Positions 43,524-51,652 of a DNA stretch of 64,000 bases are shown here, in pieces (the first letter of the stretch is position 1; every line of letters begins with the position of its first letter). This stretch comes from Acidimicrobiales bacterium (lineage in GTDB: Bacteria > Actinomycetota > Acidimicrobiia > Acidimicrobiales > QHCF01). Location of the stretch: positions 10,960-74,959 of the forward strand of contig JAVKSQ010000007.1 in NCBI GenBank assembly GCA_039583615.1, read 5' to 3'. The position numbers and the translations under genes were made by a program. Under the pieces are notes generated by a model. That model searched no databases, was not told the origin of the DNA, and saw only the letters and a program-made list of their open reading frames with translations.

Positions 43524-44795
43524 TCAGCCGGGCGCGGTTCCCACGAACGCGGCCAGCGGCTCCAGCCGCCAGGGGTCCGCCGGGTCGGGCGCCTGCTCGA
43601 GCCATCGCCGGGCGTCTTGCCTGCCCAGGGCGATCAGGGCCTCCATGAAGTCCGGGTCGAAGAAGAGGTAGCTGAGGAGCTCGCCGCTCCTCGGGCTGGT
43701 GTCGCCCAGCAAGCGGCCCAGCGCCATCAGGTCGGGCCGGCGCCGCCCCGCGAGTCCTCGACGCCTGCCTCGGTACCTGTCCCGGTAGACCTCCATGGCC
43801 AGCTCACCGATCAGGTTGCGGCGCCTCGGCCCGATGAAGATGTAGGGGACCCGCCGGTAGGGCGCCTTGCCACGGGCCGACCGGTACCGCAGGGCCGCCG
43901 GGGCGCTGGCGTGGTCGGCGAAGAACTTGTTGACGTCGCCGAGCCGGCGCAGGTCGTCGATCAGCGGGTCCACGACGAAGGCGCCCTGGAGGAGGTGGAG
44001 GGCGCCGCCGGCCAGCCCAGGCGGCTCGGATTCGTGGCGGCCGGGGTGGGTGTGGGGCTCGGTCACCGCATCGGTGCCGATCACGATCAGGCGCTCGGCC
44101 CCCAGGTCCAGGGCCGGCTTGATCGGGGTGTTGAGCCGTGTCCCTCCGTCGAAGTACCAGCCGCGGGCATCTCGCGGCTGGTCCACCCGGGCGGGCGGGA
44201 ACAGGCCCGGTATGGCCGTCGAGGCCCGCAGGTGGGCTGGGCCGAGCCGCGCCGGGAAGTAGTCGACCACGTGCGACGGGTAGCCAAGACGTTCGAGGTG
44301 GCCTTCGACGAAGGCCACCGGATGGCCACTCCGGGCGGCGGCGGCGACCACCGCCACCGAGGTGGTGATCCCGTTGTCGACGTTGCGGTGGAGGCCTTCC
44401 CAGTCCACCCAGTCCCCCAGGCTGGCCGCCAGCGGGCTCGGGTCCAGGAGCCCCGACGGGCTGGTCTCGGACCGTGACCGCGACCGGACCTCCCAGCGGA
44501 GCAGCCTCACCAGGGTCCCGGGGCTCAGGAGTGGGTGCACCACCTCCTCCTCGGTGACCTGCCTCCACCGGGCCAGCGCCCCATCGAGCGCCTCCTCGGC
44601 GCTCAGGTGGCGGCTGGCGGCCTGGTAGGCGGCGTTGATGGCGCCCACGCTCGTGCCGACCAGGATGGACGGGCGCCATCCGAGCCCCTCCAGGGCCGGC
44701 AGCAGGCCCGATAGGGCCCCGACCTCGTAGGCGCCCCGGGCGCCTCCGCCGGCCAGCACCAGGCCGACTCGGTCAGGGTCGGCCGCCGGTCTCAC
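43524..44795 (-). CDS. Patatin-like phospholipase
   Basis: GTG 44795 overlaps the GNAT stop (GTGA). Oxyanion LAGGGARGAYEVG, nucleophile GTSVGA, catalytic Asp in YFDGGTR. About 200 aa of C-terminal extension. The upstream 139 codons of the track ORF overlap the GNAT gene and were rejected. Confidence 0.85.
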   Translation of the reverse strand: MRPAADPDRVGLVLAGGGARGAYEVGALSGLLPALEGLGWRPSILVGTSVGAINAAYQAASRHLSAEEALDGALARWRQVTEEEVVHPLLSPGTLVRLLRWEVRSRSRSETSPSGLLDPSPLAASLGDWVDWEGLHRNVDNGITTSVAVVAAAARSGHPVAFVEGHLERLGYPSHVVDYFPARLGPAHLRASTAIPGLFPPARVDQPRDARGWYFDGGTRLNTPIKPALDLGAERLIVIGTDAVTEPHTHPGRHESEPPGLAGGALHLLQGAFVVDPLIDDLRRLGDVNKFFADHASAPAALRYRSARGKAPYRRVPYIFIGPRRRNLIGELAMEVYRDRYRGRRRGLAGRRRPDLMALGRLLGDTSPRSGELLSYLFFDPDFMEALIALGRQDARRWLEQAPDPADPWRLEPLAAFVGTAPG

Positions 44796-45817
44796 CCGTG
44801 GCGGGCAGGTACCGATACGGCGCGCTCGTAGAGCGAAGCCTGCCAGCGGGTGAAGGGCGGACCTCGGTGCACCTCTACGTCCCTGCGGTGCAGGAAGCCC
44901 GCTCGCTCGTAATAGGACCGCAGGGCGGCGTTGGCCGCCCCGCAGTCGAGGCGGACCACCCGGCGTCCGGACTTGGCGACCTCCCTGCCCGCCCAGTCGA
45001 GCAGCCCGGCACCCAATCGGCGGCCGGCCTCGACCCGGGCCACGGCCAGGCGATGGACGTAACCGGCATCCGGCGGATGGCACCCCCAGAAGGTCTGGTC
45101 CTCCCACGACAGGGCCAAGGTGGCGACGGCCATGTCGCCCCGGCAGGCGAGGTAGGTCTCGCCCCGTTGCACCGAGGCAGCGACCGCCTCCGTCGGGAAC
45201 GGTATCGGCCATTGATCGATCCCGTGGCGGGCCAGTCGGCGGGCCGCGTCGGTGAGCATCGCGGCCACTGCGGGGATCTCATGGTGCTGCACCGGGCGGA
45301 TGGCGAGGTCGCCGGCGGCCGCAGCCGGCTGTTCGACGCCCAGCCGAGGGTTAGCCACGACCTTGGCGAAGCAGCGGCTGCACGGGTCGTGGGCGTACTC
45401 GGTGTAGCAGGGTATGGGCAGGTAGCCGGACGAGCGGTAAAGGCAGATCGCCTCTGGCTGGCGGGTACCGGTCTCCAACCATACCTCCCGGTAGCCGGCG
45501 GCCTGGGCCAGCCCCTCCAGGGCGGTGAGGACCAAGGAGCCCACTCCCAGCCGGCGGGCCGGGGCGGCGACGTACATTCGCTTGATCTCGGCGATCCCGG
45601 AGCCGAAGGCACGGTAGCCTCCGCAGGCCACTGGCTCGCCGTCGGCCCAAGCCACCAGGAAGCAGCCGGCGGGAGGCTCGAACTGGTCGGCTCCGAGCGG
45701 CAGCATGCCGAACTCCCCGTAGCGGGCGTGCATCTCGGCGATCTGCTGTGCCTCCAGCTGGCGGGAGACCGGGTCGTCGACCGAGAGGGCGGTGACGAGC
45801 ACTCTCATGGGCTCCAT
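44792..45817 (-). CDS. Tandem double-GNAT N-acetyltransferase
   Basis: Domain 1: ..AEIKRMYVAAPARRLGVGSLVL..LETGTRQPEAICLYRSSGY. Domain 2: ..YVHRLAVARVEAGRRLGAGLLDWA..LRLDCGAANAALRSYYERAGF. Each has a Q/RxxGxG/A-type acetyl-CoA loop. Confidence 0.8.
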   Translation of the reverse strand: MEPMRVLVTALSVDDPVSRQLEAQQIAEMHARYGEFGMLPLGADQFEPPAGCFLVAWADGEPVACGGYRAFGSGIAEIKRMYVAAPARRLGVGSLVLTALEGLAQAAGYREVWLETGTRQPEAICLYRSSGYLPIPCYTEYAHDPCSRCFAKVVANPRLGVEQPAAAAGDLAIRPVQHHEIPAVAAMLTDAARRLARHGIDQWPIPFPTEAVAASVQRGETYLACRGDMAVATLALSWEDQTFWGCHPPDAGYVHRLAVARVEAGRRLGAGLLDWAGREVAKSGRRVVRLDCGAANAALRSYYERAGFLHRRDVEVHRGPPFTRWQASLYERAVSVPARHG

Positions 45818-45907
45818 AGCCTCTGCAGCCTCCGCTCCTCGCGCACTGACACGAGGCTAGCGATTGGGGCGGAATCGTTCACCAGCCACACCGGCCCCGT
45901 CAGTCAC

Positions 45908-46005
45908 GATCAGGCCATGACGATCAGGCCATGACGATCAGGCCATGACGATCAGGCCATGACGATCAGGCCATGACGATCAGGCCATGACGTTCAGGCC
46001 GTGGC
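45908..46005. repeat. 14-bp tandem repeat GATCAGGCCATGAC: six perfect copies plus one degenerate copy (GTTCAGGCCGTGGC)
   Basis: Counted directly: units start at 45908, 45922, 45936, 45950, 45964 and 45978 (perfect) and 45992 (4 mismatches). Intergenic, between the imuB stop (46027) and the GNAT start (45817). Confidence 0.97.
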
Positions 46006-46026
46006 GGAGCCGTTCGAGCCTGCACG

Positions 46027-47643
46027 TCAGTCGTAGGTGGCCTCGACCGACCAGCGCCCGGCCTCCACAGCCAGCAGGTGGACGGCGCCGTCGGCCGTCG
46101 CCACCTGGACCCGGGCCCGGCGGCGATGGGCCTGGGGATCCCACCAGCGCTCGTCGACCGGCCACGGGCCGCCCCAGGCCACCACCTCGGTCCAGGCCCC
46201 ACCCGCCACCGACAACCGGCTGGGATGGCCCGGCTCGAGCGATCCGCGGCCGGTAACCCCCACCACCTGGCCCTGGCGGTCGACCAGCTGGGCCGGCACC
46301 GGGTCGGGATGCACCACGCCAGGAGCAGGGGGCGGGATACGCCCGGGCCAAGGCGTCCCGTCACCAGCCGGTCCGGCCCGGCCAGCAGGGGGCCCTGCGC
46401 CCTGGCGGCCCAGGACGAGCGCCCGGGCCGCCGACCGGCGCTCGTCCCAGGGCACCAGGCGCACCTGCTCGGCCGGTCCCCGGCCTCCGCTCACCACCGC
46501 CGCGACCACCGCCTCCGGGCCCAGCAGGCCCTGGACCCGCGCCAGGGCGCGGGCCACTCGCTCGTCGACGCCGGCTGACTCTCCCCAGAACCCGGGCTGG
46601 CTCCCACCGTCGGGCGCCACCTCGTCGGGAACCAGCGACAACCGGCCAAGCCCGGCGGTAGGTCGCTCAGCGGCCGAGCCCTCTCCTCCCCGCAGCCACC
46701 CGTCCAGCTGCCAGCGGACCCGCTCGGCCAGGGCGGCGGCGGTAAAGGAACCGTCAGTGCGCCACAGCCGGACCAGGCGCTCGCCGTGGTCGGTCTCGGC
46801 CTCCACCCGGACCCGCCGGCAAGCCAGGCCCCGGTCCACCAGGCGCTGGTGGAGGTCCTCAGCCAGGGCCCGGGCGGCGAAGGCGGCGGTGTCCACCCGC
46901 TCCACCGGAGAGTCGAAGCTCACCGTGGCGGCCAGGTCGGGAGGAGCCACCCGGGGCTCCAGGCCCCGCTCGTCGCGCCCCTGGGCCAACCGGTGGGCGG
47001 CCGCCCCGTCGGCGCCGAAGCGAGAGGCCACGTCGGGCGCCGGCAGGGCGGCCAGCTGTCCCAGGGTACGGATACCCAGACGCCCCAGCAGGTCGGCCAG
47101 CTCGGGGCGCCCCAGGGCGCCCACCGGCCAGGGCGCCAGGAATTCGCCACTCTGCCCAGGGGCCACGACGATCCCCCGTCGGGCGGCCAGCCCGGCGGCA
47201 AACGGTCCGTCGGCCACCCCCACCCGGGGAGCCCCCCCAGCCGGAGCGGTGCCGGCCGCCGGGAGTGCACCGGCCACGGCCGCTGCCACCTGGGCGGCCA
47301 GGGCCTCGTCCCCCCCGAAGTAGCGGGACGGCCCCCGGGTGGCCAGGGCACACTGGCCGGGCCGGATCACCTCCGCCCTCGGGCTGAAGGCTTCCACCGC
47401 CGCCACCACCGCCTCGAAGGCCCTGGCCTCTAGGCTGGTGTCCCGGTCCAGCACCACCAGCTCAGGACAGCGGGCCTGGGCCTCCCGCCGGCGCAGGCCG
47501 GCCCGTACCCCCCGGGCCCGGGCCACTACCGAGCAGGCCACCACCCGGTTGGCCTGCACCACCGCACCGGCCACCTCGGGCCTGAGCCCGGTCGCCGTCA
47601 CCGGCCAGTCGGGGCACCACACGACCAGGGTCCTGACCGGCAT
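46027..47643 (-). CDS. imuB: ImuB (Y-family polymerase-like mutasome adaptor)
   Basis: MPVRTLVVWCPDWPV... is the hallmark ImuB N-terminus. 538 aa. Lies immediately downstream of imuA'. Confidence 0.85.
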   Translation of the reverse strand: MPVRTLVVWCPDWPVTATGLRPEVAGAVVQANRVVACSVVARARGVRAGLRRREAQARCPELVVLDRDTSLEARAFEAVVAAVEAFSPRAEVIRPGQCALATRGPSRYFGGDEALAAQVAAAVAGALPAAGTAPAGGAPRVGVADGPFAAGLAARRGIVVAPGQSGEFLAPWPVGALGRPELADLLGRLGIRTLGQLAALPAPDVASRFGADGAAAHRLAQGRDERGLEPRVAPPDLAATVSFDSPVERVDTAAFAARALAEDLHQRLVDRGLACRRVRVEAETDHGERLVRLWRTDGSFTAAALAERVRWQLDGWLRGGEGSAAERPTAGLGRLSLVPDEVAPDGGSQPGFWGESAGVDERVARALARVQGLLGPEAVVAAVVSGGRGPAEQVRLVPWDERRSAARALVLGRQGAGPPAGRAGPAGDGTPWPGRIPPPAPGVVHPDPVPAQLVDRQGQVVGVTGRGSLEPGHPSRLSVAGGAWTEVVAWGGPWPVDERWWDPQAHRRRARVQVATADGAVHLLAVEAGRWSVEATYD

Positions 47644-47649
47644 CGGCGC

Positions 47650-48354
47650 TCACCCGGCAGCCTCACCGGCGCAGGGCGGCGGGATCTCCGGCGAGGGCTC
47701 GAGGGGCCGGCTCGGAGGCGGGGGGCCGTCCAGCCCACCGGCGGACAGCCACAATCTGGCCCGCACCACCCGGTCGGCTGCCCTGCGGCCTGTGGCTTCC
47801 ACCTCCAACCAGCGGCCCTGCACATGGCCGTGACCCGCTCCCAGCCCCTGACACTGGCCCCCGAGGGCGCACAGGCGAACGTCGGGGACCTCCGGCCAGG
47901 CTCTCCCCGGTATCACCACCAGCACCGACCCCCGCTCCCGGGTCCGGGCCGCCAGCCGCCGGGCCTCCATCGGTCTCACCCGCACCGGCGGGCGGACGGC
48001 TACCAGGTCGCAGGCGTCTAGCAGGGCGGCGCTGACCGTGGGCCACGACGGGCCGGGAGTGGGCACCAGGGCCAGGCGGAAGAGCCGAATTCCGATCTCA
48101 GCCGCCGCCGCCAGGCCCAGTTCGGGAAGGCCCACCACCGCGCACCACGCCCCCTCCCCGGAGGGGCCGGCCAGCAGGGACAGCAGCAGCGAGGTGGCCC
48201 CCGAGCCTGGAGCGGTGCCGTCCACCGTGACCGTGCTGCCCCGGCGCAGGCCCCCGCCGGGGAACAGAGCACCCAGGGCGTCCACCACCCCGAGGCCACG
48301 CTGGTCGGCCAGGGAGGTGGAGGGGGCCAGCTTGACGAGGGAAGACCGTGCCAC
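47650..48354 (-). CDS. imuA': ImuA' (RecA/SulA-fold mutasome component)
   Basis: From GTG 48354: VARSSLVKLAPS...ALGALFPGGGLRRGSTVTV..GATSLLLSLLAG. Position upstream of imuB and a LexA box 13 nt upstream. The upstream 120 codons of the track ORF run across the box and were rejected. Confidence 0.7.
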   Translation of the reverse strand: MARSSLVKLAPSTSLADQRGLGVVDALGALFPGGGLRRGSTVTVDGTAPGSGATSLLLSLLAGPSGEGAWCAVVGLPELGLAAAAEIGIRLFRLALVPTPGPSWPTVSAALLDACDLVAVRPPVRVRPMEARRLAARTRERGSVLVVIPGRAWPEVPDVRLCALGGQCQGLGAGHGHVQGRWLEVEATGRRAADRVVRARLWLSAGGLDGPPPPSRPLEPSPEIPPPCAGEAAG

Positions 48355-48366
48355 TGCCCCAGTGTA

Positions 48367-48380
48367 CGAACATGTGTTCG
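48367..48380. promoter_or_regulatory. LexA (SOS) box GAACATGTGTTC upstream of imuA'-imuB
   Basis: Core at 48368-48379 (GAAC-N4-GTTC). On the minus strand it is followed by gTACACTggggcaGTG, i.e. a TAnnnT hexamer 6 nt before the imuA' GTG. The geometry is the same as at dnaE2. Confidence 0.75.
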
Positions 48381-48420
48381 CCACGGCAAGCGGTGCCGGC
48401 GCCGGTAGGGTGAGCGGCTG

Positions 48421-49437
48421 GTGACGGCGGCAACCATGCGGGCCTGGGTGGTCGAGCACCCGGGGCCCCTGGCCAGCCACCCCCTGGCCCTGGTCGAGCG
48501 TCCCGTCCCCGAGCCGGGCCCCGGCCAGGTCCGGGTACGGGTGTCGGCCTGCGGGGTGTGCCGGACCGATCTGCACCTGGCCGTGGGCGACCTGCCTCCC
48601 CGCCGCCCCGGCGTGGTCCCTGGCCATGAGGTGGTGGGGGTGGTCGAGGCCCTGGGCGAGGGAACGGCGCGCTTGCGAGCAGGCCAGCGAGTGGGGGTGG
48701 CCTGGTTGCGCCACACCTGCGGAGCGTGCCGCTGGTGCCGCCGGGGAGCCGAGAACCTGTGCCTGTCACCCCGCTTCACCGGCTGGGACGAGGACGGCGG
48801 CTATGCCGAGCACCTGCTGGTGGACGAGGCCTACGCCTACCTGGTCCCTGACGTCTTCGACGACGAGCACGCCGCCCCCCTGCTGTGCGCCGGCATCATC
48901 GGGTATCGGGCCCTGCGCCTTACCGAGCTGGCGGCCGGGGGGCGCCTGGGCATCTACGGGTTCGGCGCCTCGGCCCACCTGGCTGCCCAGGTGGCGATCT
49001 TCGAGGGGGCCACCGTCCATGTGCTCACCCGGTCCGTGGAGGCCAGGCGCCTGGCCCTCGAGCTGGGAGCGGTCTCGGCGGGAGGGGCAGCCGATATACC
49101 TCCCGAGCCTCTCGACGGCGCCATCCTCTTCGCCCCGGTCGGCGAGCTGGTGCTGCCTGCCCTGGCCGCCCTGGACCGGGGCGGCACCCTGGCGGTGGCC
49201 GGCATCCACCTGAGCGACATCCCGGCCCTCTCCTACCAGCGCCACCTGTTCCAGGAACGGACCCTGCGCAGCGTGACCGCCAACACCCGCCGGGACGGGG
49301 AGGAGTTCCTGGAGCTGGCGGCCCGCGTCCCCATCAGGGTGCAGACCGACCCCCGGCCCTTCGACGCGGCGGACCAGGCGCTCGACGACCTGGACCACGA
49401 CCGGGTCTCGGGCGCCGCCGTCCTCCGGCTGGCCTGA
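48421..49437 (+). CDS. Zinc-dependent alcohol dehydrogenase family oxidoreductase
   Basis: [21 protein letters not shown], structural-Zn cluster [15 protein letters not shown], and Rossmann [14 protein letters not shown] 48436 (MRAWVV) is an alternative start. Confidence 0.85.
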   Translation: MTAATMRAWVVEHPGPLASHPLALVERPVPEPGPGQVRVRVSACGVCRTDLHLAVGDLPPRRPGVVPGHEVVGVVEALGEGTARLRAGQRVGVAWLRHTCGACRWCRRGAENLCLSPRFTGWDEDGGYAEHLLVDEAYAYLVPDVFDDEHAAPLLCAGIIGYRALRLTELAAGGRLGIYGFGASAHLAAQVAIFEGATVHVLTRSVEARRLALELGAVSAGGAADIPPEPLDGAILFAPVGELVLPALAALDRGGTLAVAGIHLSDIPALSYQRHLFQERTLRSVTANTRRDGEEFLELAARVPIRVQTDPRPFDAADQALDDLDHDRVSGAAVLRLA

Positions 49438-49470
49438 GCCGCGCCGGGCGGGACCGCGGCGGGACGCGCC

Positions 49471-50727
49471 TCAGGGGAACAGGCCGCGGGCCGAGATGGC
49501 CTCGGCCACCCGCTCGATGGCCAGCACGAAGGCAGCCCGGCGCAGGGAGATCCCCAGGGCCTCGGCCTTGGCCCACACCGCCGTGAAGGCGTTGTCCATC
49601 CTGGTGCGCAGCCTGGTTGCCGCCAGGCTCTCGTCCCACGCATAGCCCTGACGGCTCTGGGCCCACTCGAAGTACGAGGCGGTGACCCCGCCGGCATTGG
49701 CCAGGATGTCGGGCACCACCACGATGTCCCGGCGGTCGAGGATCGGATCGGCTCCCGGGGTGGTGGGCCCGTTGGCCGCTTCGACGACGACCCTGGCCCC
49801 CATGCGCTGGGCCACGTGCTCGTCGATGGCCCCTTCCAGCGCGGCCGGCACCACCAGCTCGCACTCGATGTCCCAGATGTTGTCGGGGGCGATGTCGTCG
49901 GCGCCGTCGAACCCGGCCACGGTCCCCTCGTGGGCGGTGTGGTCGGCCAGGGCCGAGGTGTCCAGCCCGCCCGCGTTGTGCACCGCTCCTCCCGCGTCGC
50001 TCACCGCCACCACCCGCATCCCGGCCGAGGCCAGGAGAAAGGCCAGCGGCCCTCCTACCTTCCCGTAGCCTTGCAGGACGGCCCGTGACCCGGCGAAGGG
50101 CATCTCCAGCTCGGCGAAGACGGCCCTGGCGCAGGCCAGCACTCCTGAGGAGGTCGCTCCGGTATGGCCGGCGGTGCCGCCCAGGGACAGCGGCTTGCCG
50201 GTGACCGAGCTCGGCACCGCCTCCCCCTTCACCATCGACAGCGTGTCCAGGAGCCAGGCCATCACCCGGCCGTCGGTATTGACGTCGGGGGCCGGGACGT
50301 CGAGGTCGGGCCCCAGGATCGGTGATATCTCCAGGGTGTAGCGCCTGGTCACCCGCTCCAGCTCATCGAGGGACAGCTGGGCCGGGTCGCAGCGCACCCC
50401 GCCCTTGGACCCTCCGAAGGGTATGTCCACCACCGCCGTCTTGAACGTCATGTCGGCGGCCAGGGCGGCCACCAGCCGGGCGTCGACCTCCGGGTGGAAG
50501 CGGATGCCTCCCTTGGCGGGACCCCGGGTGGTGTCGTGGTGGACCCTCCAGCCGATGAATACCTCAACCCTGCCGTCGTCCATGCGAACCGGCACCGCCA
50601 CCTCGAGGACCCGCCTCGGCGTGCGCAGCATCTGGTGCACGGCAGAGTCCAGACCGGTCAGGCGGGCGGCGTCGTCCAGGCGCCCTAGAACGGCGCCCCA
50701 CGGGTCATAGCTCGCCATGGCTCCCAC
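49471..50727 (-). CDS. gdh: Glutamate dehydrogenase (Glu/Leu/Phe/Val dehydrogenase family)
   Basis: RGPAKGGIRFHP active-site Lys motif, GFGKVG-type GYGKVGGPLA Rossmann motif, 418 aa. Confidence 0.9.
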   Translation of the reverse strand: MGAMASYDPWGAVLGRLDDAARLTGLDSAVHQMLRTPRRVLEVAVPVRMDDGRVEVFIGWRVHHDTTRGPAKGGIRFHPEVDARLVAALAADMTFKTAVVDIPFGGSKGGVRCDPAQLSLDELERVTRRYTLEISPILGPDLDVPAPDVNTDGRVMAWLLDTLSMVKGEAVPSSVTGKPLSLGGTAGHTGATSSGVLACARAVFAELEMPFAGSRAVLQGYGKVGGPLAFLLASAGMRVVAVSDAGGAVHNAGGLDTSALADHTAHEGTVAGFDGADDIAPDNIWDIECELVVPAALEGAIDEHVAQRMGARVVVEAANGPTTPGADPILDRRDIVVVPDILANAGGVTASYFEWAQSRQGYAWDESLAATRLRTRMDNAFTAVWAKAEALGISLRRAAFVLAIERVAEAISARGLFP

Positions 50728-50804
50728 TCCTGACCCACTGGCCCCGTACGGTCGAGCCCGCTGCTCGGCCGCGTGCGCCCCCAGCGTTCTAGCATCTGGG
50801 CCCT

Positions 50805-51647
50805 ATGCCCAGCACCAGGCGCAAGCGGCGGCGACAGCTTCGCTACGAGCTCATCGCCTGTGGGCTCCATGGGCATGCCCTGGTCGGCACCGACGCCGCC
50901 GCCATCGGTCCCGACCACGCCCTGGTGGCCCGGGAGCGGGACGGGGTCCGCTGGCACCGCTGCCTGCGCTGCGACGCCTGGGTGTCGGTGGATCCGCCCC
51001 GGCATCCCGACCGGCCGTGGCCGCCCGGGCGGGAGGAGGTCGAGCTCCCCCTGCGCGGGCGGCCCCTGCGTGACCGTTTCGTCCTGCGCCTGATTGCCGT
51101 CGATCGGGCCGTTCACGTGGTAGTGCTGGGCGTGCTGGCCGCCGCCATATTCGCCTTCACCACCCACCACTCTCAGCTCCAGCACGCCTATTACCGGATC
51201 CTGGCCGACGTGCAGGGTGGCCTGGGCCCGGCTACTCCGGTCCACCATGGCCTGCTCGGTGAGCTGGACAAGGTGATCTCCCTGCGGACCCGGACCCTGG
51301 AGCTGGCCGGGGTCGTGGTGGTGGGCTACGGGGTGCTGGAGGCGGTGGAGATGGTGGGGCTGTGGCTGGCCAAGCGGTGGGCCGAGTACCTGACCTTCGT
51401 GGCCACCACCCTCCTGGTTCCCCTGGAGGTCTACGAGCTGACCGGCCGGGTGAGCGCTCTGAAGGTGCTCACCCTGGTCATCAACGTGGCCGTCGTGGTC
51501 TATCTCCTGGTGGCCAAGCGCCTCTTCGGCCTGCGGGGCGGGGGTCGGACCGAACGCGCCGAGCGGGAGCGGGACATGGGCTGGGCGGCCATCGAGCGTG
51601 CCACCCCCGGACGGCGCCCCGGGGCACCGGCCCCGTCGGTGCCCTGA
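50805..51647 (+). CDS. DUF2127-like membrane protein with N-terminal Cys/His zinc-ribbon-like segment
   Basis: CGLHGH...CLRCDAW, then 4 hydrophobic segments (..LEAVEMVGLWLAKRWAEYLTFVATTLLVPLEVYEL..). Confidence 0.6.
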   Translation: MPSTRRKRRRQLRYELIACGLHGHALVGTDAAAIGPDHALVARERDGVRWHRCLRCDAWVSVDPPRHPDRPWPPGREEVELPLRGRPLRDRFVLRLIAVDRAVHVVVLGVLAAAIFAFTTHHSQLQHAYYRILADVQGGLGPATPVHHGLLGELDKVISLRTRTLELAGVVVVGYGVLEAVEMVGLWLAKRWAEYLTFVATTLLVPLEVYELTGRVSALKVLTLVINVAVVVYLLVAKRLFGLRGGGRTERAERERDMGWAAIERATPGRRPGAPAPSVP

Positions 51648-51652
51648 GGCTG

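Noticed and set aside
43238-45913. Inverted 9-mers CTGATCGTG (43238) / CACGATCAG (45905) as terminal inverted repeats bounding the 2.7-kb insert
   Set aside because: A single 9-bp match is about what chance predicts in 64 kb on two strands. There is no extended similarity, target-site duplication or transposase.
45908-46005. CRISPR array
   Set aside because: The units are directly adjacent 14-mers with no unique spacers, and no cas genes are in the window. It is a tandem repeat, not CRISPR.
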